DNA of 64,000 bases. It comes from an uncultured delta proteobacterium. GTDB taxonomy: Bacteria > Myxococcota > Myxococcia > Myxococcales > Anaeromyxobacteraceae. The translations under genes and the position numbers were made by a program. Positions 53,089 through 62,890 of the stretch are shown one piece after another. Positions within the stretch are counted from its first letter, which is position 1. Every line of letters starts with the position of its first letter. The DNA lies in assembly GCA_963845515.1 (NCBI GenBank), contig CAWJSR010000045.1, positions 32,001 through 96,000 of the forward strand, given 5' to 3'. The notes under the pieces were generated by a model that saw only the letters and a list, made by a program, of their open reading frames with translations, was not told where the DNA came from and did no database searches.

Positions 53089-54732
53089 GTGCGTACCCAC
53101 CATGGAACGGCGCACGCCGTATCGCGGCGCGCGCTCCCTCTCCTGGCCGCGCTGGCTCACTCGCTCGCGGCCCTCGCGCCGGCGGGCGCCAGCGCGGAGA
53201 CGCTCGCAGTGGTCGCGGCAGGCGATCCGGCGCACGGGATCGACCCGGGGCTGGCCGAGCTCACGCACCAGCTCAGGGCGGCGTGCCGCGACCGCGTGGG
53301 AGGGGTGCTCGACGTGCCGACGATGCAGGCCCGGCTCCTCGGTCAGTCGGCGGGGGCGACCGTCTCGGAGCTGGACCGCGCCTACGGGGGCGCGCTCGCC
53401 GTCTTCCAGAACGGCGAGTTCGAGAGCGCGCTGCGGACGCTGCGGGCCATCGTCGAGGACATCGAGGCGCTTCCGGAGGGGCGCGAGCCATACCGGCAGT
53501 GGATCCGGGCGCAGCTTCGGCTCGCCCACGCGGCGTCGACGATCGGACGCTACGACGAGGCGGACGGCGCGCTGACGAGGCTCCTGCGCGTCGAGCCGAA
53601 CCTGCGCGCGGATCCGGACCAGTACTCGCCGACCTATCGCCGGAGGATGGACGAGATCCGCGCGCGGGTGCAGGCGCTCCCGCAGCGGCGCGTCACGGTT
53701 GTCGGCGCCGGCAGGCCGGGGAGCGTCTTCGTCGACGGGCGGCCCTCCGGGACCACGCCGATGACGCTCTTCCTCCCCTCCGGGCGCTACCGGATGGGGG
53801 GAGCGGCGGGGGCGCTCCGCGTGCCGAGCTTCCTCGTCGACCTGACCGACGAGGATCGGACGGTCGTCCTGGACTTCGAGACCGCCGACGCAATCCGGAT
53901 GGCGTCGGGGCCGGGGCTCGTGCTCCAGGCCGCGCGCCGCGGCGAGGGGCTCATCCGCGCCGGCGCGTGGCTCGACGTCGACAAACTGATCGTGGCCTCG
54001 CGAGGGGTCGAGGGGGACGCCCCATTCCTCGTCGGCGCCATCTACGACGTCCGCCGTGGATCGATGCTGCGCGAGGGGAGCGTCCGGACGGTGGCCGGGA
54101 CGGTCCCCTCGGTCAACATGGGTGCCCTCGCGGCCTTCCTGCTGACCGGCGCCCAGCAGCGCGAGGTGCGGGCCCGGACGCCGGACGCGATCGTCGGGGC
54201 CGAGCCGCCGGTGGCCAGGCTCGCGTCGACCTCGGCGCCCGCCGCACTCCCTACGGCGGAGCCACGGCCCGAACGGATCAGCTCGTCACCGCCTGCGGCG
54301 GCGGTGGCGCCGGGGCAGCTGGACCTGCGCCCGGCCCCTCCCGCCGCCCCGATTCCAGGCATCTCCACGGCGTCCCCCGTCGTCTCGGGGAGCGGGACGC
54401 CTTCGGGGAGCCGACCGTGGCCCGGCGGGCGTCGGTGGGTGCGTCCTGCTGCGTGGGTCGCGGGCGGCTGCGCGTTCGGGTTCGCGGCGCTCGCGGTCGA
54501 CCGGCGACTGGCCGCCAACGACGCGTACGACGAGGCGCAGACGCTCCTGGCTCCGGACGAGGCCCTCATCTCGTCCACGGCCCGAGCGCGCTTCGATTCC
54601 CTGACCGCAGACGGGGACGCTGCGGTCCGTCACTCGTGGATCTCGGCGGGCGCGTCGGTGATCTTCGCTGCCGCAGCCGGCTTCCTGGGCTGGACCTCCA
54701 GCCAACCGACGGGGCCCGCCGTCACCTTCTGA
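53089..54732 (+). CDS. TPR/PEGA-domain exported protein
   Basis: VFVDGRPSGTTP..LPSGRY PEGA motif; Pro-rich linker; hydrophobic C-terminal helices. Confidence 0.7.
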   Translation: MRTHHGTAHAVSRRALPLLAALAHSLAALAPAGASAETLAVVAAGDPAHGIDPGLAELTHQLRAACRDRVGGVLDVPTMQARLLGQSAGATVSELDRAYGGALAVFQNGEFESALRTLRAIVEDIEALPEGREPYRQWIRAQLRLAHAASTIGRYDEADGALTRLLRVEPNLRADPDQYSPTYRRRMDEIRARVQALPQRRVTVVGAGRPGSVFVDGRPSGTTPMTLFLPSGRYRMGGAAGALRVPSFLVDLTDEDRTVVLDFETADAIRMASGPGLVLQAARRGEGLIRAGAWLDVDKLIVASRGVEGDAPFLVGAIYDVRRGSMLREGSVRTVAGTVPSVNMGALAAFLLTGAQQREVRARTPDAIVGAEPPVARLASTSAPAALPTAEPRPERISSSPPAAAVAPGQLDLRPAPPAAPIPGISTASPVVSGSGTPSGSRPWPGGRRWVRPAAWVAGGCAFGFAALAVDRRLAANDAYDEAQTLLAPDEALISSTARARFDSLTADGDAAVRHSWISAGASVIFAAAAGFLGWTSSQPTGPAVTF

Positions 54733-54734
54733 GC

Positions 54735-56030
54735 TCACCGCGCCGTCGCGCCGGCCGCGGCTCGGATGGCCGCCTCGAGGCGTGGCGCCAGGTCCGGTCC
54801 GTAGTAGGTCCGGACCGACTCCCCGACGCCGAGAGCCGTCCGCTCGGGCGTGTCGACGTAGCCGGCGTAACCGCCCACCAGCGAGACGATCTCGGCGTCG
54901 TCGCCCGCGGCGGCGCGCCAGCCGGCGCCCACCTCCGCGGTCGGCTCCGCCGGGACGGCGACGAGCAGCAGCGGCCCGATCCGCAGCGCGGTGACGCGGG
55001 CGGTAGCCGGCACATGGCTCCAGCCCAGCGAGGAGGCCGCGCGACGCAGCAGGCTCGGGACGGCGCCCGGCGAGACCGCAGGCAGGTCGACCGACGCGGC
55101 GGCGGTGGCCAGCACGGTCGCGGTCGCCTCCGGGAGGGCGGGGAGCGCGTCGTCGCGCTCGATCACCGCGGCCGCGTAGCGCTCGGGGGCGCTGGCCTCG
55201 TCGACCCGCTGGACGCGCACCGACTGGTCGCCGAGCGCTCCCTGGACGAACACGCGAACGCCACGACCGGGCTGGGCCGCGACCCGCCCCGGCCACTCGG
55301 CGGAGAGCAGCCGGTTCGCCTTGCCGAGGATCGTGGGATGGGCAGCGAAGACGAGGAGCTCCCCGATCGCCTCGCCGTCTTCCGCGACGAGGCGGACCGA
55401 CGCCATGCGGCCGTCGACGCGGCCGCCGGAGCGCGCCTTCACGAGCTGCTCAGCGGTCCCGCGGGCGATCGTGAGCCGGGCGGGTGCAGCGGCCCCGGCG
55501 GCGAGGCGAACCGCCTCGGCCATGCGCCGGGCCAGCAGCTCGAAGATGCGGGCATCGTAGGGACCGAGCGCGCCACGCTCGAAGGCGACGTCATCCCGGA
55601 AGCCACCCGGTCCGGCGTGGGTGTGCGTGGCGCCTACGAGGAGCGCGTCGAGGCCGAGATCGGAGACGAGCGCCTCGATGCGCTGCACGAGCGCCTCGGA
55701 GACGAGCAGGACGTCGGCCGACACCACGGCTGCCCGGCAGCCGGGCACCTCGAGGTAGACGGCCCGCGCACCCACCGGGTCCCGGATCCCCTCGCTCCTC
55801 CAGGAGAGCCGGGCGTAGCCGCCGATGGGAGCGCCGGGGGGCAAGTCGATGCTCACCGCGGCGGCGCCCGCGCGCAGCGGTCCGCTCCCCCGTGAGGTGG
55901 GGGCGAGCCGCGGTGGCCCCGCCGGGCGGCTCCCGTGCCACGGGAGCGACAGTGCCCCGATGGCGATAGCCAGTCCGGCGACCGCGATCGCGACCCCGAC
56001 GACGAGCTTTCGTATGGGGAGCTTTTTCAA
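54735..56030 (-). CDS. Neutral/alkaline ceramidase-like protein
   Basis: [41 protein letters not shown]; start uncertain. Confidence 0.8.
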   Translation of the reverse strand: MKKLPIRKLVVGVAIAVAGLAIAIGALSLPWHGSRPAGPPRLAPTSRGSGPLRAGAAAVSIDLPPGAPIGGYARLSWRSEGIRDPVGARAVYLEVPGCRAAVVSADVLLVSEALVQRIEALVSDLGLDALLVGATHTHAGPGGFRDDVAFERGALGPYDARIFELLARRMAEAVRLAAGAAAPARLTIARGTAEQLVKARSGGRVDGRMASVRLVAEDGEAIGELLVFAAHPTILGKANRLLSAEWPGRVAAQPGRGVRVFVQGALGDQSVRVQRVDEASAPERYAAAVIERDDALPALPEATATVLATAAASVDLPAVSPGAVPSLLRRAASSLGWSHVPATARVTALRIGPLLLVAVPAEPTAEVGAGWRAAAGDDAEIVSLVGGYAGYVDTPERTALGVGESVRTYYGPDLAPRLEAAIRAAAGATAR

Positions 56031-56058
56031 GGCCGGATCGTTATACTCCGCGCGCCTC

Positions 56059-57517
56059 ATGGGCTACGACAGCGTCAGCGACAAGATGAAGGACGAGTGC
56101 GGAGTCTTCGGAATCTGGGCACTCGGCCAGCACGAAGAAGCCGCACATTTCACCTACCTCGGCCTGCACGCGCTGCAGCACCGCGGGCAGGAGTCGGCCG
56201 GCATCGTCGCGACCGACGGCGAGACCCTCCACGTCCACCGGGCGATGGGGCTGGTCGCCGACATCTTCGACGCCGACGTGCTGGCGCGGCTCAAGGGCGG
56301 CTCCGCCATCGGCCACGTCCGCTACTCCACCACCGGGGCGAGCCACCTCAAGAACGTGCAGCCGATGGCCGTGCAGTACGCCGGCGGCGCGGTCGCGGTG
56401 GCGCACAACGGGAACCTCGTCAACGCCGAGGCGCTCCGCGCGGAGCTCGAGGGGGCGGGCTCGATCTTCCAGTCCTCCTCCGACACCGAGGTGATCATCC
56501 ACCTCATCGCGCGGGCCAAGGTCGGCGCGGACGGGGCCTCTGCCGCCGGCCTGGTCCCGGCGATCCGCGGCGCGCTCGCGCGGGTCTCCGGCGCCTACTC
56601 GCTCGTCTTCCTCACCCCCAAGACGCTCGTCGGCGTGCGCGATCCGCTCGGCGTCCGTCCACTGGTGCTCGGCCGGCTCAAGGGCAGCTGGGTCCTCGCC
56701 AGCGAGACGACCGCCCTCGACCTGATCGAGGCCGAGTACGTGCGCGAGGTCGAGCCCGGCGAGATGGTCGTCATCGACGCCACCGGGATGAGCAGCGAGC
56801 GGCTCTTCCCGGATGCGCCGCGCGCCGAAGCGCTACGGACGTTGCGTCTTCGAGCACATCTACTTCGCGCGCCCCGACTCGGTCCTCTTCGGCAGGTCGG
56901 TCTACGCGGCCCGCCAGTCCTTCGGCCGTCAGCTCGCGCGCCAGCACCCGGTCGAGGCCGATCTCGTCATCCCCGTGCCCGACTCGGGCGTGCCGGCGGC
57001 GATCGGCTACGCCGAGGAGAGCGGGATCCCCTTCGCGATGGGGCTGGTCCGCTCGCACTACGTCGGCCGCACGTTCATCGAGCCGTCGCAGTCGATCCGC
57101 CACTTCGGGGTCAAGCTGAAGCTCAACGCGCTGCGCGACGTGCTCAAGGGCAAGCGGGTCGTCGTCGTCGACGACTCGGTCGTGCGCGGGACGACCAGCC
57201 GCAAGATCGTGAAGATGATCCGGTCGGCCGGCGCCACCGAGGTCCACCTGCGCATCAGCTCGCCGCCCACGGCGTGGCCCTGCTACTACGGCATCGACAC
57301 GCCGACCCGGCAGGAGCTGATCGCGTCGAGCCACTCGGTCGACGAGATCGCGAAGTACGTCACCGCCGACTCGCTCGGCTACCTCGCGCTCGAAGGGCTC
57401 TACGAGGCGCTCGGTGAGGATCGCAGCCGGTTCTGCGACGCCTGCTTCTCGGGCGATTACCCGATCGAGTTCCCGGCCCGATCGCCGTCCGCGCCGGTTC
57501 GCGTCGTAGGGGCGTAA
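56059..57517 (+). CDS. purF: Amidophosphoribosyltransferase, frameshift near 56825
   Basis: Propeptide then [54 protein letters not shown] in the next frame. Confidence 0.95.
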
Positions 57518-57565
57518 GGCGCAGCAGGAGCCCCGGCGGCCGCCCGTTTGGGCTAGGCTTGGGCC

Positions 57566-58681
57566 ATGCCAGCGCCCGGCCCCCGCGTCGCCGACGGCCA
57601 GCTCTTCGTCTACCGGCTCTTCGACGTCGCCGACTCGATCGACCTGGCGCGCGCGGAGAGGGTCGCCGCCGCGCCCAAGTCCCGCCTCGCGCTCGAAGGG
57701 GCCGGGTCCGGCACCGCCTTCGACTTTCCGCGTCCTCCCCTCCACCTCGTCCTCGGGCGGCGCGAGATCAGGATCGGCGGCGACCTGCACGAGGCGGAGG
57801 CGAGCGCGCACGTGATGGACACCGGCGTCGCCAGCATCCTCTACAAGATCGCGATCGCGCCAGGCACGACGCTCGGGGAGCTGCTGCCGCTCTCGGAGGC
57901 GCTGCTCGCGCGGGCCACGCCCGAGCTCGACGCGGCCGCGCGGAGGGACGCCGAGGCGCTCTGCCGCGACCTCGCGCCTGCGCTGGAGCGGCCGCACGAG
58001 TGGGAGGGGCTCGAGACCTATCACGTGGTCTTCGTGCGCCGCTTCGAGGAGGGGGAGATCACGGCGGACCGGCTCCTCGCCGAGGCCCCCATCGCCGAGT
58101 TGGTCCTCGGGGAGACGAGCAACGTTCCGCTCTCTGCCGCAGAGCGTCAGGACGTCCTGGCGCACAACTTCACGTACCAGGTCGACGATCTGGCGCTGGT
58201 GCACTGGAATGGGGCGTTCGTCTACGAGTCCTCGGGGGTGGAGGACATCCCCGACCTCCTCGAGTTCGCGACGGCCCACCTGCTGGAGCTTCGCTACTAC
58301 GACGCGCTCCTCGACCGCGAGCTGCACCTGCTCTACGACGAGATCGAGGCGGGCGGCAGCCCCCTCACCAACATCGTCACGCGCAAGTACCGGACCCTGG
58401 AGCGGCGCGTCGCAGGGCTGCTGCTCGAGATCTCCGAGATGATCGAACGGCTGGAAAACGCTGTGAAAATCGTCGGGGACTTCTACCTCGCGCGCCTGTA
58501 CCAGGGGGCGGTCCGCCGCTTCCGCCTCCCGGCGTGGCAGGAGTCCGTCCTCAGGAAGCAGCGCCTCCTCTCCGAGGTGAACGATCTCATCGGCCACGCG
58601 GCCGACACCTCCAGGGCCGAGCTGCTGGAGCTCATCATCATCCTGCTCATCGCCTACGAGATCATCGCGGCCTTCAGCTGA
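57566..58681 (+). CDS. RMD1/DUF155-like membrane-anchored protein
   Basis: Helical C-terminal half ending ELLELIIILLIAYEI. Confidence 0.6.
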   Translation: MPAPGPRVADGQLFVYRLFDVADSIDLARAERVAAAPKSRLALEGAGSGTAFDFPRPPLHLVLGRREIRIGGDLHEAEASAHVMDTGVASILYKIAIAPGTTLGELLPLSEALLARATPELDAAARRDAEALCRDLAPALERPHEWEGLETYHVVFVRRFEEGEITADRLLAEAPIAELVLGETSNVPLSAAERQDVLAHNFTYQVDDLALVHWNGAFVYESSGVEDIPDLLEFATAHLLELRYYDALLDRELHLLYDEIEAGGSPLTNIVTRKYRTLERRVAGLLLEISEMIERLENAVKIVGDFYLARLYQGAVRRFRLPAWQESVLRKQRLLSEVNDLIGHAADTSRAELLELIIILLIAYEIIAAFS

Positions 58682-58768
58682 GGTGCGATCCGTCCCCACT
58701 GGCGCGGGTTCGCGCGCTGCGATCATCACGGAAGGCCCATTTTTCAGGCGATCGAAAGCCATGAGAAG

Positions 58769-58797
58769 TTGACGGCGCGATCCTGAAGCGATATCAG
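58769..58797 (+). promoter_or_regulatory. sigma70 promoter of the HU gene
   Basis: TTGACG-N17-TATCAG; GGAGG RBS before ATG 58861. Confidence 0.6.
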
Positions 58798-58860
58798 CAA
58801 TGCCATTCACCGCTCGGCAGCCCTGATTTACGGCGGTTTCCACACGGAGGGATCCACCAA

Positions 58861-59148
58861 ATGACGCAGGCCCAGTTCTTCCAGGCGGTCGCCGAGGCGG
58901 CCGATCTTCCGAAGGCGCAGGTACGCGCGGTCTTCACCGCGGTCGAGGCGGTCGTCAGCAAGCGGCTCAAGGCCGAGGGGAAGATCCCGCTCGGCGGCCT
59001 CGGCAACGTGAAGCTCGTCGACCGCAAGGCCCGCATCGGCCGCAACCCGATGACCGGCGAGCAGATCAAGATCCCGGCCCGCACCGCGATCAAGATCGCG
59101 CCTGCCAAGGCCCTCAAGGACATCTTCAACAAGAAGGCGAAGAAGTAG
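58861..59148 (+). CDS. hup: HU family DNA-binding protein
   Basis: RKARIGRNPMTGEQIKIPA; 95 aa, basic. Confidence 0.93.
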   Translation: MTQAQFFQAVAEAADLPKAQVRAVFTAVEAVVSKRLKAEGKIPLGGLGNVKLVDRKARIGRNPMTGEQIKIPARTAIKIAPAKALKDIFNKKAKK

Positions 59149-59171
59149 CCGACGCCGTCTTGCTGCACCTC

Positions 59172-59201
59172 GCGCCCGCCCGGCACCTGCCTGGCGGGCG
59201 C
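59172..59201 (+). terminator. Hairpin after the HU gene
   Basis: GCGCCCGCC...GGCGGGCGC stem between convergent genes. Confidence 0.5.
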
Positions 59202-59216
59202 TTCGCGGTTCATGAA

Positions 59217-59258
59217 CCCTCTCCCCGGTTCCGGCCGGGGAGAGGGCAGGGTGAGGGG
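59217..59258 (-). repeat. Triplex-type repeat copy 7
   Basis: CCCTCTCCCCGG-ttccgg-CCGGGGAGAGGG-ca-GGGTGAGGG. Confidence 0.8.
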
Positions 59259-59262
59259 TGGC

Positions 59263-60015
59263 TCAGCTCTTGAGCTTCAGCAGCGTCCGCACGGTCGAGA
59301 TCACGTCCACGAACTGCACAGGCTTCTGGAGGTAGACGTCGATGCCGAGGCTCTCGGCGCGGGCACGCGCGTCGGGGCCGCCCGCGCTGATGATCACGGT
59401 GGGGATCCCGAGCAGCGCCGGGTCGGCCTTCATCCGCTCGACGAGCGAGAAGCCGTCCATCACCGGCATGTATAGGTCGGCCATGACGAGGTCGATCCGC
59501 GGCAGGCGCTTCAGCCGGAGCAGCGCCTCGTGGCCGTTCGATCCGTACTCGATGCCGATCTCGGTGGAGCCATCCGGCGACCGCAGCTTCCGGAGCGCGT
59601 ACTCGTACATCTCGATGACGTGCGGGTTGTCCTCGACCACCAGGATCCGGAAGCTCCGCTTGACCTTGCCGATCCCGATGCCGGTCCGGGCGATCTCCGC
59701 GAGCGACGCCAGCTTGTGGCGGTCGTCGATGTGATCGACGGGCACCTTGACCGCGACGCCTGCAGGGCCGGCGTCGCCGCCCTGGCGGCTGCGGACCACC
59801 TCGACCTCGATCTCCACCGGGTCGAGCAGGGAAGGGAAGCTGATCTGGAGCGGGACGCGCTCGCCGTCGCCGAGGGCGCGATCAGTGCGGATGAAGAGGC
59901 CGCCCGCCGAGAGGTTCTCGGTGACGTCGCGCGCCTTGGCCGCGTCGCCGGGGTAATCCACCCGAAGGACTAGGGGAACACGCGGATCCCTGCGCTGGTC
60001 CTGACCGCCGCTCAT
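59263..60015 (-). CDS. PilZ-domain + receiver-domain protein
   Basis: RRDPR (RxxxR) and NLSAGG (D/NxSxxG); REC (VVEDN..DLYMP..QKP). Confidence 0.9.
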   Translation of the reverse strand: MSGGQDQRRDPRVPLVLRVDYPGDAAKARDVTENLSAGGLFIRTDRALGDGERVPLQISFPSLLDPVEIEVEVVRSRQGGDAGPAGVAVKVPVDHIDDRHKLASLAEIARTGIGIGKVKRSFRILVVEDNPHVIEMYEYALRKLRSPDGSTEIGIEYGSNGHEALLRLKRLPRIDLVMADLYMPVMDGFSLVERMKADPALLGIPTVIISAGGPDARARAESLGIDVYLQKPVQFVDVISTVRTLLKLKS

Positions 60016-60050
60016 CTGGAGTGCCGAAGTCTATATCACGGTGGATTCAC

Positions 60051-60079
60051 TTGACAATCCGGGGGTCCGCCAATAGCCT
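60051..60079 (+). promoter_or_regulatory. sigma70 promoter of nuoEFJK
   Basis: TTGACA-N17-TAGCCT. Confidence 0.7.
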
Positions 60080-60129
60080 GCGCCGGCATTTCAACCCCCC
60101 GCAGTCTCAGCTGTCTTCATCGGACCGTC

Positions 60130-60645
60130 ATGACCGTTCAGGCGTCTGTGGGTGCCGCCGAAACATTGCCGCGCGACAAGGTCGAGCACTTCGACAGGGA
60201 GCTCGTCGAGATCCTGAAGAGGTATCCGCCCGACAAGAAGGCCGCCGCGATGATCCCCGCCCTTCGCCTGGGCCAGGAGATCTTCGGGTGGGCCTCTCCC
60301 GCGGTCAAGAAGCTCTGCGCCGATCGGCTCGGGACGACTGCGTCCCGTGCCGAGGAGGTGTCGACCTTCTACGTGATGTTCCACAACGAGCCGGCGGGAA
60401 AGCACGTCGTGGAGATCTGCACCAACGTCTCCTGCTGCCTGACCGGCGGTGAGAAGATCTTCGAGCACCTCAAGGCGAAGTGGGGCGTCAAGAACGGCGG
60501 CACCACCGCCGACGGGCGCTACACGCTCCGCGAGGTGGAGTGCCTGGGCGCCTGCGGCACGGCCCCGGCGATGCTCGTGGACGAGGAGATGTACGAGCGG
60601 CTCGACGTCCAGAAGGTGGAGCAGATCCTCGGAGGCCTCAAGTGA
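60130..60645 (+). CDS. nuoE: NADH-quinone oxidoreductase subunit E
   Basis: VSTFY, CTNVSC, ECLGACGTAP. Confidence 0.95.
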   Translation: MTVQASVGAAETLPRDKVEHFDRELVEILKRYPPDKKAAAMIPALRLGQEIFGWASPAVKKLCADRLGTTASRAEEVSTFYVMFHNEPAGKHVVEICTNVSCCLTGGEKIFEHLKAKWGVKNGGTTADGRYTLREVECLGACGTAPAMLVDEEMYERLDVQKVEQILGGLK

Positions 60646-61967
60646 GCGAGACGCTCATCCTGACGAAGCGCTGGGGCAAGCCCAATAGCGCCGCCCTGGA
60701 GACCTACCGTGCCGACGGCGGCTACGGTGCGCTCGACAAGGCGCTCTCCATGGAACCCTCCGCGATCGTCGAGGAGGTGAAGAAGTCGAACCTCCGCGGG
60801 CGCGGCGGCGCCGGCTTCGCGTGCGGCCTCAAGTGGACGTTCCTGCCGAAGGACATCCGGCCCCGGTACCTCACGGTGAACGCCGACGAGTCCGAGCCCG
60901 GCACGTTCAAGGACCGCTACATCATCGAGCATGACCCGCACATGCTCGTCGAGGGGATCGCGATCACCTGCTACGCCCTCGACATCCACGTCGCCTACAT
61001 CTACATCCGCGGTGAGTTCGCCAAGCAGGCGCGCTCCCTGGAGAAGGCGATCGGCGAGGCGCGGCTGGCCGGCATCCTCGGCAAGCGGCTGGGCGACAAG
61101 AAGGACTTCGACCTCGACATCTTCGTGCACCGGGGCGCGGGCGCCTACGTCTGCGGCGAGGAGAGCGCGCTGCTCGAGTCGCTCGAGGGCAAGCGGGGCA
61201 ACCCGCGCCTCAAGCCGCCGTTCCCGGCCGTGGTCGGGCTCTGGGGCAAGCCGACGATCATCAACAACGTCGAGACGATCTCCAACGTCCCCTGGATCAT
61301 CCAGAACGGCGGCGACGCCTTCGCCGCGATCGGGATGGGCAAGTCGGGCGGCACCCGCCTCTTCGGCGTCTCCGGCCACGTGAACCGCCCGGGCATCTAC
61401 GAGCGGCCCGTCGGTTACAACATGAAGAAGTTCGTCATGGAGGACGCCGGCGGCATCGTCGGCGGTCGCAAGCTCAAGGCGGTCATCCCGGGCGGCTCTT
61501 CGTGCCCGGTGCTCACCGCCGACGAGATCGACATCCCCATGGAGTTCGACGCCCTGAAGGCGGCCGGTACGATGGCCGGCTCGGGCGGCCTCATCGTCTT
61601 CGACGAGTCGACCTGCATGGTCCGCGCGCTCGCCCGCATCTCCAAGTTCTACGCGGAGGAGAGCTGCGGCCAGTGCACCCCCTGCCGTGAGGGGACGGCC
61701 TGGATGGAGGCGATCGTCGAGAAGATCGAGCACGGCCACGGCACCGCCGCGGACGTCGAGAAGCTCGAGCAGATCGCCAACAGCATCGGCGGCAACACCA
61801 TCTGCGCCCTCGGTGACGCGGCGTCGATGCCGGTCCAGTCCTTCCTGAAGAAGTTCAAGCCCGAGTTCCTGCGCCACGTCGAGGAGCACCGCTGCCCCTA
61901 CGGCGAGTCCGGCTGGGGGCTCACCCAGACGTCCCGCGACGCCCTCGTGGGCGCGGTGAGGTACTAG
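60642..61967 (+). CDS. nuoF: NADH-quinone oxidoreductase subunit F
   Basis: LRGRGGAGF, NADESEPGTFKD, GAGAYVCGEES, ESCGQCTPCREG, TICALG. Confidence 0.97.
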   Translation: MSETLILTKRWGKPNSAALETYRADGGYGALDKALSMEPSAIVEEVKKSNLRGRGGAGFACGLKWTFLPKDIRPRYLTVNADESEPGTFKDRYIIEHDPHMLVEGIAITCYALDIHVAYIYIRGEFAKQARSLEKAIGEARLAGILGKRLGDKKDFDLDIFVHRGAGAYVCGEESALLESLEGKRGNPRLKPPFPAVVGLWGKPTIINNVETISNVPWIIQNGGDAFAAIGMGKSGGTRLFGVSGHVNRPGIYERPVGYNMKKFVMEDAGGIVGGRKLKAVIPGGSSCPVLTADEIDIPMEFDALKAAGTMAGSGGLIVFDESTCMVRALARISKFYAEESCGQCTPCREGTAWMEAIVEKIEHGHGTAADVEKLEQIANSIGGNTICALGDAASMPVQSFLKKFKPEFLRHVEEHRCPYGESGWGLTQTSRDALVGAVRY

Positions 61968-61969
61968 CG

Positions 61970-62476
61970 ATGAGCGCGAACGCCGAGCTCGTCACCTTCT
62001 TCGTCTTCGCCGTGCCGCTGCTCTTCACCGCGGCCGGCGTCGTCATGGCCCGCAACCCCATCTACGCTGCGATGAACCTGGTGGCGGCCTTCTTCTTCCT
62101 GGCCGGCATCTACCTCCTGCTGGTGGCGCACCTGATCGCCTTCATGCAGATCCTGGTTTACGCCGGCGCGGTGATGGTCCTGTTCCTCTTCGTGATCATG
62201 CTGCTCTCGATCCACGACGAGAACATCGAGGCCCAGATGCCCCGCGCGGTGCAGTGGATCGGGGCGGCGGGCGCGCTCGGCCTCTTCGGCCTCCTGATCG
62301 CCGCGGTCTGGGACGTGGGCGCCGGCAACCCGGCGACCCTGACGGCGGACTTCGGCACCGTGAAGGCCGTGGGAAAGATCCTTTACTCGCAGTACCTGCT
62401 CCCCTTCGAGGCCACCAGCCTCCTGCTGCTGGTCGCCATCGTGGGCTCGGTGGTCGTCGCCAAGGAGAGGATCTGA
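61970..62476 (+). CDS. nuoJ: NADH-quinone oxidoreductase subunit J
   Basis: QILVYAGAVMVLFLFVIML, LLPFE. Confidence 0.95.
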   Translation: MSANAELVTFFVFAVPLLFTAAGVVMARNPIYAAMNLVAAFFFLAGIYLLLVAHLIAFMQILVYAGAVMVLFLFVIMLLSIHDENIEAQMPRAVQWIGAAGALGLFGLLIAAVWDVGAGNPATLTADFGTVKAVGKILYSQYLLPFEATSLLLLVAIVGSVVVAKERI

Positions 62477-62478
62477 CC

Positions 62479-62781
62479 ATGGTCCCGGTCTCCTACTACC
62501 TCGCCCTCGCAGCCGCGCTCTTCGCCATCGGCGCCGTCGGCGTGATGATCAAGCGGAACGCGCTGATCGTCATGATGTGCCTCGAGCTCATGATGAACGC
62601 GGCCAACCTCACCTTCCTCGCCTTCGCGCGGCAGCATGGGAACGTCGGCGGCCACGCCGTCGCCTTCTTCGTGATCGCCGTCGCGGCCTGCGAGGCGGCC
62701 GTCGGCCTCGCCATCGTCATCGCGGTCTTCCGGACGCGCGGGGACGTCGAGCTCGAAGGGGCCAGGGTGCTCCACGAGTAG
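62479..62781 (+). CDS. nuoK: NADH-quinone oxidoreductase subunit K
   Basis: KRNALIVMMCLELMMNAANL, AACEAAVGLAI. Confidence 0.95.
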   Translation: MVPVSYYLALAAALFAIGAVGVMIKRNALIVMMCLELMMNAANLTFLAFARQHGNVGGHAVAFFVIAVAACEAAVGLAIVIAVFRTRGDVELEGARVLHE

Positions 62782-62890
62782 GAGCCTCCCCAGCGCCACG
62801 CCCGCGTCGACGCGGGAGCAAAGCGCTCCAGCCTCCCGGCTGGGGCGCTTTTCCACGACGGGGCGCCGGACGAAGCGCTAGATTCGCCGC

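Noticed and set aside
56810..56835. Programmed frameshift or pseudogene in purF
   Set aside because: No slippery heptamer; both halves are intact; same error pattern as elsewhere
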